Source: Peribolospora baueri (Eukaryota). From it: a stretch of DNA of 64,000 bases. This document shows, piece after piece, positions 12,740 to 26,058 of this stretch; the first letter of the stretch is position 1; each line of letters opens with the position of its first letter. The stretch is from the NCBI GenBank assembly GCA_029717555.1, contig JAMDHS010000010.1, forward strand, positions 124,001-188,000, read 5' to 3'. The notes beneath the pieces were generated by a model. The model was not told the DNA's origin, made no database searches, and was given only the letters and a program-made list of their open reading frames with translations. Made by a program: the position numbers and the translations under genes.

Positions 12740-13476
12740 CTAAAAACACAGGCATCTCATCCCTGACCTCGTCCAGCTTTTCCTCCGGCCCTCCTGGGCC
12801 GTCTTCCACCTGCGCAATGACGGCCGAAGCAGTCATGAACACCCTCTCGCTGGGAGCGTTGGTGCCGACAAACGCGAGCTTGCGCTATCGCTCCAGGTTC
12901 GACGGATTGCGCTTGTCGCCGTGCGCTTCAGTGGCGTGCTCCTGTAGGCCGGACGCGACAGGTTTGGGAGGAGGAGGTACGATGGTTTGCTGCTGTGTCG
13001 CCCTTCGATTCCACACCCTGGCAAACGGCTCGGATTGGGGGCTCACCCAATGGCCGCAGCTGAAGGCGAGCATACTGTGCACTTACTTCTCTTCGAGGTC
13101 CACGACGGTCGCGACCATCGTACCTGTCTCTGCAACGATGCAGGCGTGAGAAGGCAAGGTAAAGACGGTTAGATGCCCTCGCGGATGCGCTGGTACTCCG
13201 CCTTCTGATAATTGTGCTTTCTCGGGAGGGAGAGAGGGGAAGAAGGTTAAATGGATGGGCGGCTCTTTCGGTCAGCCGGACTCGTTGACGGCGAACGCTT
13301 GCAGGATGCTTATTCACCCGTCCGTGCATGGGTCCGCCTCGGATACTGTAAACGATGCGATGGTCATCCTGGTAGTACGCATTGTACTCTCTGATGGTCA
13401 CCGCTCAGGCCGAGTCAAATAAATACCCCGACGTCGACCGAAGCCCATCTGCGAATTCCATGACGGACGAGGGCAT
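12740..13476 (-). pseudogene. pad: Phenolic acid decarboxylase (PadA/PadC-type, cofactor-free) pseudogene
   Basis: Family motifs in order: EYNAYYQDDHRIVYSIRGGPMHGR, NYQKAEYQRIREG, ETGTMVATVVD, MLAFSCGHW, EAHGDKRNPSNLER*RKLA. In-frame stops are TAA 13171-13169, TAA 13085-13083 and TAG 12887-12885. Confidence 0.85.
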
Positions 13477-14627
13477 CGAAAGTGAATGTAGAGGAGATCG
13501 ACAGAGTTGGCTACGATAAGGTCGGCTAAGTCGCGCGGGTTTGGCACGTGCATCGAGGTACGTCCCGTCTGACGCCGCTAAAGACCGAAGAAGAAAGGGC
13601 AGGAAAGACGAGAGGAAGGCGAACGCCTTCTTCCCGCATCCACATCTTCTATCACGCCTCACGTCAAAGCCAGCACGGCAGAGTCTTTCTCAGGTGAGTC
13701 GCAGTGTCGCTCCGAACTTTTTTTTGTATGTTCGGTGGTCGAGCAGGGGGGAAGCGATGTCATTTTTTTCCTTCTTTAACATGTTAGACCAAGGATGGAC
13801 GAAAGCGCCCGCTCCTACCGCTCCGCCGTCAAGGAAGGGCGGTAGAGAGGGTGCCGTTAGTCATGTCTTGAACTTTCCGGTCTGATCCCCCTTGTCCCTC
13901 GTACTTCCCCTTCTTCGCGAAGTGGGGTTCTTGTCACCCGCTGCTATGGTCGACGCGGAGGAGGGACGCTCTCATGTCGTTTCGACGAGAGATACTGATT
14001 TCGGTTTTTTTTCTTCACTCGTCCTCCGTGCCTGTCTCCCTACCGCATTTGCCTACCCGCATATCACGTCGCAACGACAGAGGCCCCATCGCACGAGTAT
14101 GTTTCCCATGTCATGTCATGCGTGTAGCTAGCTACCCTTCTTTCCGTCTCTTGGTGATCATGATAAGGATTCATTTACGTCCGATGGCGCCCGTGCAGTC
14201 AGTCGGGTCTCTTCGTGTTAGCCTTTCAACGTCTCGGACTTGGCTTTCACCAACCTTGTGGTCCATCCCTTCTTATTAGAACGCCGCCACACAACGTCCA
14301 TTCTTCACAGACACAGGCTAGATTGCAGGAGCGTCCGCAGTTCTCACGCAGAGTCGTGAAGACCGAGACTACGCGAGCGCACGGAAAGCGTCGATGCTCC
14401 AGGGATGGAGATGGGTTGCTTACATACGCAACGCAGACGCGGGCGAAAGGCGGGCATCGAGGACGCTGACAACCCGAGGACGCTCGCCGCGAGACCAGTG
14501 CGCCCCGGCATCGTCTCACATCCAGCGGACACGGACATAATAGCAATGTTCCCTAGGCCGAGCTGACCGAAGAAAACAAACCAGACCGGTCGGCGCTTTG
14601 TTCTGATTCAGCGCAATCGCGGCCAGC

Positions 14628-15470
14628 TCAACTCCATTTGTCCACGCTCTTGATCCCCTCACTGACGGCTTGACTGCATAGCTCGCGGGGAAGGATGAGG
14701 CGCGTGGCGGTCTTTCTCCCGTCCAATCGGTTGCAGAAACGGAAGACGGCGACGAGGTGACACCCCATCGCGACCGGATGCGTGAAATATTTGGCTCGGC
14801 CTCGATTCGGGAGACGCTTCGACGATGCACCAGAATGTCGCGGGTGGTGAGCATCTTCTTTTTGGTGTACTTGACGAGCTTAGCGGTCTCGTCGATGATC
14901 TGCTCTAACATGTCGATGTCTTACCAGCTCGAAAGGCACGGCGACGATCGAGATGGTCGAACCGTCACAGCGAGAGGCGGGACGGCAAAGCAGGACTAAT
15001 TGACGATTGACAAGGCCTGAGAAGAGGTGCGGGAGGCGGTCGACGAGGTGAGAGCACAGGGACGGGGTAAGCGGTTCGCGGGGGTGGGGCGACTAGCAAT
15101 GTTCGAACAACGGGTTGCGGTGCATTACTCGCCATGGCATTGATGCTGTGGTCGGCGTGCACTTGTTTGAGGAGCCTGCGGATATACATACTGCTTGAAG
15201 CGGCGACATCGCAGCTATGAGGGAACAGAAGGGGAAGCGTGAGCTCGAGTCTGGAGGCGCCTTCTCCTTACACGAGCTACGATCTGCTCCGGTTACCGAC
15301 TGACAAGTGAAGTGACTTGCGTCACTTCATGCGCCACTTAGTCGTCGACGACGATGGGGGCGCGACGGACGATTTGGCGAACCGGACGAGGCCCTTGCCG
15401 GCATGGGGGCGTGACTGCGAGGAGGGATGGCCGGAGCTCTTGCGGTTGACGGCACTTTTTTTTTTGCCAT
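14628..15470 (-). pseudogene. Highly divergent histone H2B-like gene, probably degenerate
   Basis: Collinear H2B-fold pieces YIRRLLKQVHADHSINAM|ALSIVN...IDMLEQIIDETAKLVKYTKKKMLTTRDIL|TATRLILPRELCSQAVSEGIKSVDKWS*, compared with canonical [66 protein letters not shown]. The basic N-tail frame is interrupted by an A10 run (15456-15465) and TGA (15324-15322). Confidence 0.8.
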
Positions 15471-15819
15471 GGTTTTGATGCGGCTGAAAGCGAGATTTGG
15501 CGTGATTCGCTGGCTTGGAGGTGAGGAGGTCTTGAGTAGAGGCGGGTGCAAGTAATCGCCGCATTTCTCTTCTCCTTGTATTTTATGTCATTTGCGTCCC
15601 TTTGCTACGGCTCCCAGCTCCGCAACCTGCCTGCGTCCGTCCTTCCATCCTCCCTCGGCGAGTTCCCAACGATGACGCTGGGCGACGCCGTCGACGGGTC
15701 TACCTCGCGTCCACCCATCGCTCCGAGCAGTTGTCGACGTGCGCACAAGTGATGTAGAGTTTCCAGTGGTCCGACGCCGGCCGCACACGGAATGCTTTCT
15801 TCCCTCTTTTCTTCTTCTC

Positions 15820-16167
15820 TTGTCGAGTGGCAAGGTCCCCCGCGGTCCGTGCGTCGGTTCTACGTCTAAGTCGGTCCGAAGCGGTGATTCCCGTTTGTCG
15901 AGCCTGAGCTAGGTTTCAGCTTCGGCGATGAACAGCGTTTCCTCGCTGGAGGCAAGCTGAGTCTACTTCTAGCGTAGCCTTTACGACAACGGCACGCCGG
16001 CGACGTTCGTTGTGCTCGACTCGAAAGAAGGAGGCCGCTCTATGGCAAGCAAGAAAGAGAAGACACAGGACGATGGTCCTCGGCACCTGCTTCGACGCGG
16101 AAAGCGAGGGCGAGCACCAAAGCTGGCTGACCGATGTTCCCTGTCCGAAGTCGTTCTGGACACATAG
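15820..16167 (+). pseudogene. Possible heavily decayed histone H2A-like remnant, divergent from the H2B-like gene
   Basis: Short H2A-like fragments in the correct order but in shifting frames: STSKSVRSG/IPVCR, EQRFLAGG, VYF, PRHLL, EGEHQSWLTDV. Position is head-to-head with the H2B-like gene. Weak and could be chance. Confidence 0.3.
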
Positions 16168-16326
16168 TGTTGGATTATGAGCCGAGATTCGTGACGAGAA
16201 CAACCCGCTGCCCTGTTGTATGCGTACATGTAACGGTCCTTCTGGGCAGAAAAGCGATAGAAATGAGAGGAAGCAAGAGGAAAATGAAACAAGGAAGGAA
16301 GAAAGCCCGATTCTCCCTCTGGAGTG

Positions 16327-17464
<1,138 letters not shown>

Positions 17465-18317
17465 GAATGTCGGAGTGGGTTGTCGATGACGAAGGACAAT
17501 GACGAGCTGAGGTGCGAGAAAAATCCTCTGAGCACTCGGAGATTTAAGAGCGCGCCTGGAAGGTAGGCAATGATCGAACGCGTAGTCGCATCCTTCTCAT
17601 TACCACGGCGCGTCAGCACTCAATAACCCTACTTAACAGTTCTATGCACAAATGTCCACCCATGAAAAGACCGGGCAGAGGTCGAAGTCGATGGCGCTGT
17701 GGCATGCCGACTGCCCTGGCACGAATCAGACAAAGTGAGCGCTGACTCGATGTATCACCCGAGCACGGCAACTGGCGTGCACATCTAGGGGATGAAAGAG
17801 AAAGCGGATTGTCCGACGGCCCGCCTTGCATGACAAGCCCACACGGCGTCTTCGGTTCTTTATTTCTTCCTTGCCACATTTACGAAGAGGTTGGAACCAT
17901 GCTCCCGCAACCACCGGAGACGGCGCACTTTGGTGGACCTCGCGCAAACGGAGCGCGATCGACAGCAGTGGCAGGACTTAGGCCGAACGCTTTCGGTCAG
18001 TCGCACCCGCAGGTGTCGTTTGGACTGGCGACCCACTGCAAGTGAGCTCAAATGTTTAAAAAGCGGGCCGGGCCTCGGGTCCACGTCCATCACCATCTTG
18101 GAAAACAAAGAAAAGCGGGCGGCTGATAGACATAGTAAGCCCTAGCCCGGTCTTTGGCCGCTCGCCCACCAACTCCCGACCCAGTTATGTGGCACGTGAT
18201 GACACGTGCCGACCTAGCTTCCCCGCGCTCGACCTGTATCTGGAGCAGGTCGAGATAAGCGTGATCTTGAATATAAACGTTTACTCCTAACAAGTACCGA
18301 AGCGCTCCTTCACAGGC

Positions 18318-19533
<1,216 letters not shown>

Positions 19534-19980
19534 AGAGTTGAAGATCTGCAAAGGGAAGAGTTGCATGCCGTAATTTACGGCGTACATGTCAGAATACCTC
19601 CTTCTGCGGTTGTGTTTGTATTTCCGGCAATCTGGAACGGATACGGTCACATGTTCTCGACGGCGAGCGGAACCTGGCACTCGTGATGAAGAGATCCATT
19701 CATGCTAGTTTCCTGTCGGTACCTGTACTCTTGCAGTTCTCTCAAAGGAGTCGGCCTTGTTTCCTGGTGGACCCGGAGGGGCGCGTGGTTGAGCAAGCTG
19801 GGCTGCGGCTCCCGATCAACTTCCCATTTATCCCTACGCCGCATTATTAATGCCAAAGAACCCCCTCACGAGGTACTGATCACATTCGAGCTCTTGCCTC
19901 CTCCTCGCCTTCTGGTGTCCTCGGTCGCTCTGGTCTTGTGCCGATCTTTCTTCCTGTCGCCTTGAAGGCAAGCACCTGCC

Positions 19981-22904
19981 ATGCCAGTTCTCGGTCAAGC
20001 CCCGCTGCCTACTCAGCTGGACGGCGTCGAGACGGAAACTTCGAGAACGCAGGTGAGTCGAGCCAACATGCCGTTGAGCGCCGGCTTGTAGAGCAGAGAG
20101 AGTGGTCGAACAGGAAGACGGGCCACATTATGACCCGCGGAGGAGGCGGAGGCCATGACCATTGCTTCTTATCGGGGTCCAATCCTGCTCAACGAACACC
20201 GAGTGCTGATCGCCGCCCCGCCACAAATCTCCTCCAACGCTGCCCAGGTGGACACCGAGAGAGTCATTTCAGCGCTCTTCTCTCAATACCGCAATCCGAA
20301 TTCTAGGTCCTCCTCCCCATCCCTATGGGCCACCTCGTCGACGCCAGGCCCACCCTCTTCAAGTCCGCGCAAACCTCTACCAGTGCTCAACCGCGCATCG
20401 CACTTAAACTTCCTCGGAAGGTCCTTGGAGGGAATTCCTACCGGATATGTTGTATTAGACGCCAGCAGGCCTTGGCTTCTTTATTGGATTTTGCACGGGC
20501 ATGATCTTTTGGGTGCCGGCCTCGATAACAGGATGAGGAGACGGTGAGCAGCGATGGCTCTTGACTGATTTGCTGCGATGAGGATGTGGTCGCTTGACGG
20601 ACGCATCCATCGTTCTCCATGCGCTATCTCGGCTTGCCTTTCCGACCTTGCGCTTGTCTACAGAGCCATCTCCACCCTCCTGCGCTTCCAGAACTCCACC
20701 GGTGGTTTTGGCGGAGGACCCGGGCAGATCTCCCACTTGATGCCCACCTACGCCTGCGTGAACGCGCTCGCCATCGTTGGCGGACCTGGCGGCATGCCGT
20801 ACACGGACGACCTTGAAGACGACGTGATCGCGGGTGAGACTGATGGACGTGGCGGGGGAGGATGGGACTGCATCGATCGGTAAGTCTTACGAGAGGTTGA
20901 CGGCGGACGACAACTTCTCTTATCACACTCATGTGGCTCGTCATTGACGCTTCGCCTCTCCAGGAAAGCGATGTATGACTTTTTCATGCGACTCAAGCAA
21001 GCAGACGGCTCGTTCGTTGTACACGAAGGAGGCGAGGTGGACGTCAGGTGGGGATCGCTACTTGCTTTACTTGGGCTCCACATGGACGGCGACGGCAACC
21101 CATCCTTATTCACCTACGGTTCCCTCCGTCCCTTTTATCTTTTCCGCATATCTCGGGAACATGTAGAGGGGTTTACTGCGTCATATCCGTTGCCTCCCTT
21201 CTCGGTATTCTGACACCAGAGCTGGTCCGCGGCACTGCGCGATTCATAGCTTCATGCCAGACCTACGAGGGCGGTCTCGCAGCAGCATCCCACCCTCTCT
21301 ACCACCCATCCTCCCTTTCCCCAATGGGTCCGCCGACCATGGCCTTTGATCCTCGCAGGCACACTCCGCCGTTGGGCGAGGCGCACGGCGGTTACGCCTT
21401 CTGCGCCCTCGCCAGCTGGTTCGCTTTATCTACCCTACCAGACGTCAAGCCCGTCGCTTTCCCGCCAAGTGGCCCCGCCGCGAAAGAAGGCGGAACGGAG
21501 TCGACGAGCAGGCGCACCACTGAGCTGGACAGTGCGGGGGAGAGTGGGAAGAAGCAAGATGGACCACAGCCGCGGCCCATCCTACAGTCCAAGCTCGACC
21601 TTGGCTCTCTGTTACGCTGGGCGGTCCACTTGCAAGGCCTGGCCGTGGAAGGGGGCGGCTTTCGAGGTCGGACGAACAAACTCGTCGACGGCTGTTACGG
21701 GTGGTTTGTCGGCGGGGGCATGTTCGGCGTTCTGGATGCGGCGTTGAAAAGGGAGGAGAGGGAGAGGGAGGAGAGGCGCAAAGAGGATAAAACGGCGAAC
21801 GTTGAGAAGCAGAAGGGGAAGGAAAGGTGGACTGGACCTGATGCTGAGACGACGGCGAGGTCCCAGACGGAGAGGTCTGGACAAGCTGAGGAAAAGGAAA
21901 CCGAGGCGACGCCGGAAAGCAAGCCCGAAGCGGAGGCCAAGATGAAGACGGAGGACGAAGGGGCCAACGACGCAGAAGGTCCGGAGCAGGCTACTGAGAA
22001 AGTAGCTCTTGGCGGAGACGAGGAGGAAGATTGGACGAGCGACGACGAAGGTGAGGGCTCCGGTACCTGGCTAGGCTGATGCAACGCTAGGTCAGCAGAG
22101 CCTGACGCGGCCAGAAGGTGTGAGATGGATGGTTGACGACATTTCTCTCATCTTGACACTATCTGCCATCTGCAGAGGATATGGGGCTGTACGACCGAAG
22201 TGAGTGTGCATCCGTGCTCGCAGCCGTCACCGTCCCCCCCTCGCCTAGCCGTCGTCCTCACCCTTCCCTGGGCTTCCTTTTTCCACTTTCGTGTCTTCCA
22301 GTTGCGCTCCAGGAGTACATCCTCGTAGTAGCCCAATCCAAGGGCGGAGGCTTGCGCGACAAGCCGGGAAAGTCACCGGACGTCTACCACACGACATACA
22401 ACCTCTCCGGGCTCTCGTTATCTCAACATCGTATGATCCACTCGCCCTATCGCGTCAAGCAGCTCCGTGAGCGATGGGTGGGTGAGGAGGAGGAGTCCGA
22501 CGACGAAGTCATGGCAGTCCTCGGCAGCGAAGGAGGGATGACGGAGGAAGAGCTCAAGCTGTGGAGAAGAGAGACGTACGTGCAGTCTTTGGCGTGGACC
22601 GAGGACCCTTTCGCTAAGAAAGTGTTAGGTAGCGAGGAGAACATGGTGGTGAGCCGAGCCGAGTCTCTTTTTCTTGTCGGTTACTCTTCGTCTCTCGAAC
22701 CCCATCGCTGATCGCCCATCGATTTCGTTTTGCGCACTGATCGCTCTCTCTCTCTAGCTGCCGACCCACCCCGTGTTCAACATCACCCTCCATAGAGCAA
22801 AGAAGATGATGGAACACTTCTACCTCCAGCCCAGTCGACCCGAAAGCCGGAACATCAGCGTCGGACTGGATGGCGGCGGAGGCGCTTTCCTGGGCGAGCT
22901 ATAG
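19981..22904 (+). CDS. RAM1: Protein farnesyltransferase beta subunit, multi-exon
   Basis: ASRPWLLYW, GGFGGGPGQISHLMPTYA, GEVDVR|GVYC, CQTYEGG, GEAHGGYAFC, GGFRGRTNKLVDGCY, GGLRDKPGKSPDVYHTTYNLSGLS, LPTHPVFNI. First exon MPVLGQAPLPTQLDGVETETSRTQ at 19981. Large acidic insertion. Confidence 0.93.
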
Positions 22905-22976
22905 GTTTGTAGAAAGACCAATCCGTGGGCGCGGGGAGCGCACGAGGCACTTTTGCTCTGTGCCGTTGCCGTTGGC

Positions 22977-23049
22977 CGTCATCGTCATCGTCATCGTCAT
23001 CGTCATTGTCGTCGTCATCATCATCGTTGTCGTCATCATCATCGTCGTA
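22977..23049. repeat. (GTCATC)n / (ATC,GTC)n microsatellite
   Basis: Seen directly, downstream of RAM1. Confidence 0.85.
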
Positions 23050-24043
23050 TCGTCGACTCTTCGCGCGCAGGTCACGAGGATGGATGACAGCGCTGTGGGC
23101 AGGTCTTGGCCGTGGTGTCGGCGCACGAGCTCCGAGCCATTGTACTATATTTGCAAGTTCATTCTACGTAGTGCAACGCTATCCCTACGACGCAAGAGGA
23201 GCCGAGCCGAGCCGAGACGAGCCAAGCCTAGGGAGAAAGGGGGGAATTCAATCCGTCCGCGAAACATTTGCGATGCGGAGTGGTGGGCGCAAACGAGACG
23301 GAAACCGGGCTCGAGGGTTGAACCCGTTTCTCGCCTTGCCTTTGTCTTGTCTTGTCTTGTCTTGTCTTGCCGCGGCTTACCTTTAGCGTTCGCCTCGAGA
23401 ACCGTCTGTTCAAAGCTAAAGCTAAGCCATCGATCGATCAAGCTCGACGGCTTCTCTTCTCGTCTTGCGGAGAAGCTTCGGCCGAGCCGAGCGTGATGCC
23501 AACGCAACGCAACGCAAGCCGTGAACGACGGACGGACGGATGGGACGATTCGGGAATGGTTCGGTCTGAACATGTGCGTGCGGGGCGAACGGCGACGACG
23601 ACGTGTGGTATTGCATCCGAAGGGGAGCGCGGGGGAATGACGGGACGAAATCGATGTCTTGTTTCGGACTACCCCACGGGGAAGGTGTCTCTTTGTGACG
23701 TAAGAGCGGACCGGAAAGGCGAGGCTAACCTAAGTGCCCCCGTGCTCGACCTCGAGCTCACAAGAGGACTTATTCTTTCACGAGGACTGAATGGTGAAGA
23801 GGGTTTTTTTCCTTCATTTTTGCTCACTACTCGAGGATGGTCACATCGGTCGGTGATTGGGTATCCCTGGAAGGCAGGAACGGAAACAGGGGTGAGGACG
23901 AGAGGGAAGGGAAGGGAAGGGAAAAACGCAAGGCCACAAGAACGACGATAGGTGCCATCGCGACCGAGTGGGGTTTCATCTGCTTCTCCTTCCCTTCCCT
24001 TCCGTGTCCGCCGCCCTTTACCTTGGCTCGCCGCTCGTCAGTT

Positions 24044-26058
24044 TCAAAGCACGAATCTTTCCAAAGCCTCCTTGGCGAAGAGGTCCTCCACGTTGCACCT
24101 TTTTTTCGCCAGCCCTTGCTCGTAGGAGTAGTCCAAGAAGGCCTCCAGCGTCTTCCGGCTTCCTTCCGTCAGGCCGTTCTCCCAGTACCGCGTTGAGCCC
24201 ATGAGAGATTGCGTCTCGGTTACGTGATCCTGTGCGCACACGAGCGAAGCGTGCGTGATGCGGAGCGGATGTAGGTTGGGTTAGGTGACGTGAGCCAAGA
24301 GATACATACCAGTCAAGCGCGTCCCGTGCGGCTCCTGAGGAAGGGGGAAAAACGAAAGCGACGACCTACCTGCAGCCAGGGCAACATGTACCTCAGCGCT
24401 CCTCGCTCGAAGAGGGCGTCGTAGGCGAGGTCGAGAGCTTGGTCAAAGGCTTTCATGAGCGACTGGGCGATCCAGGGGTGCTTGTCGTGGAGGGAACGGC
24501 GGAGAACGATGACGTGCATGACTGCTCGAAAGGCGCGTCGACGAGGGGTTCACACAAGAGGTGGAAACGGTTGGAGAATCCCGAAGACGGGAAGGGAGGA
24601 GGAGCAAACGTCAGGACCAAACGGCGCGAGATCACTCTTCCGACTTGCCCGGACGGGACGAGGCAACTGACTCGGGAAAATGCCCGTCTTGCGAAAGTAC
24701 TCCGCCTCCACCTGCTTAAAGTTGGGAAACAGGTGGCCAACCTTGTCCGGGTCCGAGTTGAGGCTCGCGGGTTGCGTGCTGATCGACGACGAGCGACGAC
24801 GACATCGCCGTCGTCGGTGAAGGTGGGTTGAGCGCAAGGACGGCGGAGACGAAGGAAGGAGGAGACGGACGGAGGAGGAAAGGCTCACGCGCTCAGCAAC
24901 GCATCGATCTTTCCGTCTCTGAGCATCTCGCTCAGGCACTCGCCCCTCTCGATCGGCACCACCTTGACGTCGTCCGGGAGGTCCAGCTTGACCTTTTCGG
25001 GCCTCTGCACGGTCGAGGGTTCGACGTTACCGGTGAAGTAGGTCTGGGTATCGAATGGGACGCCGTATTCGGACTGGAGGATGCCACGCTGCCACACTGG
25101 CGCGGTCATCTGGAACTCGGGCACGCCGACCTTTTTGCCTCTCAAGTCGGAAGGAGAGGCGATGCCGCTCTGCTTGTTGATGTAGATGGACTGGTGACGG
25201 AACATGCGGGAGGGAAAGACGGGAAGGGCGATGAAGGGCGGGTTGGGACGGTTGAGGGTGAGAACGTAGGACGAAAGAGAGAGTTCCGAGACGTCAAACT
25301 CTTCATGACGAAGTTGGCGGAAGACTGTATACGGGGGCAAAGGGAGAGGAAGGGAGTCAGCCCGCCACGATTGGTTCAGAGTTGCACGCGAGAGACGTGC
25401 GCGGCGCGGCGGCGCGCCTTTGTCGCTTGTCGGTCGGTGAGAACGAAAAGGACGCACAGCTGTAAGGGGTGTACGGGGTAGAGAAGGAATCGCGCACGAG
25501 GCGGGAGAGACAGAAGCAGAGACCGTTGGAACGTTCCTGGCCTCGCGGACGGCACGGCGGCCAGGAAGGGGAAGAAGAACGCTCACGTCTCTTCCACCCT
25601 CAGGTTTAGGAACTCGAGCTCCACGCCTTCCGGACGGACACGACCTGGCAGGGAAAAGATAAGGGCATGGTCCAAGCAAGAACACGGCAAGTTGAGCGAG
25701 AGAGAGAGCATCCATTGGATCTGCAGGCGCGTCCCAAGATGGTATATACGATGCGCACCGTCTTGCAGGGCTTTCATGCCTGGAGAAGACAGACAGGGCG
25801 GGACGGCAGGAGGGACGAGGAGGGATCAGGGATGGGCACGTGTCTTCGTCGAGGGCATCCGGGACCGTACCGTTGCGTGCTCACGATCATAGTCCCTGTG
25901 GGAAGGCGGACGGGAGGAAGGGGGTGAGGATGGTAAGACAGATAGATTGATCGATCCGATCTCAGGTCGTCCTATCTATCCTGCCCGCTCGGACGTCGAA
26001 TGGGAAGGAGAACGAGAGTGGCTGCCCACCAGCACGCGAAGGAAAGCTTGAGGGGCAT
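24044..26058 (-). CDS. 4,5-dihydroxyphthalate decarboxylase-like protein (periplasmic-binding-protein fold), 9 exons
   Basis: MPLKLSFACW|DYD|RMKALQD|GRVRPEGVELEFLNLRVEET|F|FRQLRHEEFDVSELSLSSY..PFIALPVFPSRMFRHQSIYIN..PSDLRGKKVGVPEFQMTAPVWQRGILQSEYGV..EAEYFRKTGIFP|IMHVIVLRR..MLPWLQ|..TLEAFLDYSYEQGL. These motifs are typical of the bacterial Pht5/OphC-like family. Confidence 0.85.

Noticed and set aside
12885..12887. TAG at a conserved Trp in PAD as an A-to-I editing or readthrough site
   Set aside because: The gene also has two TAA stops and an apparent deletion removing a splice donor, so pseudogenisation is the simpler explanation.
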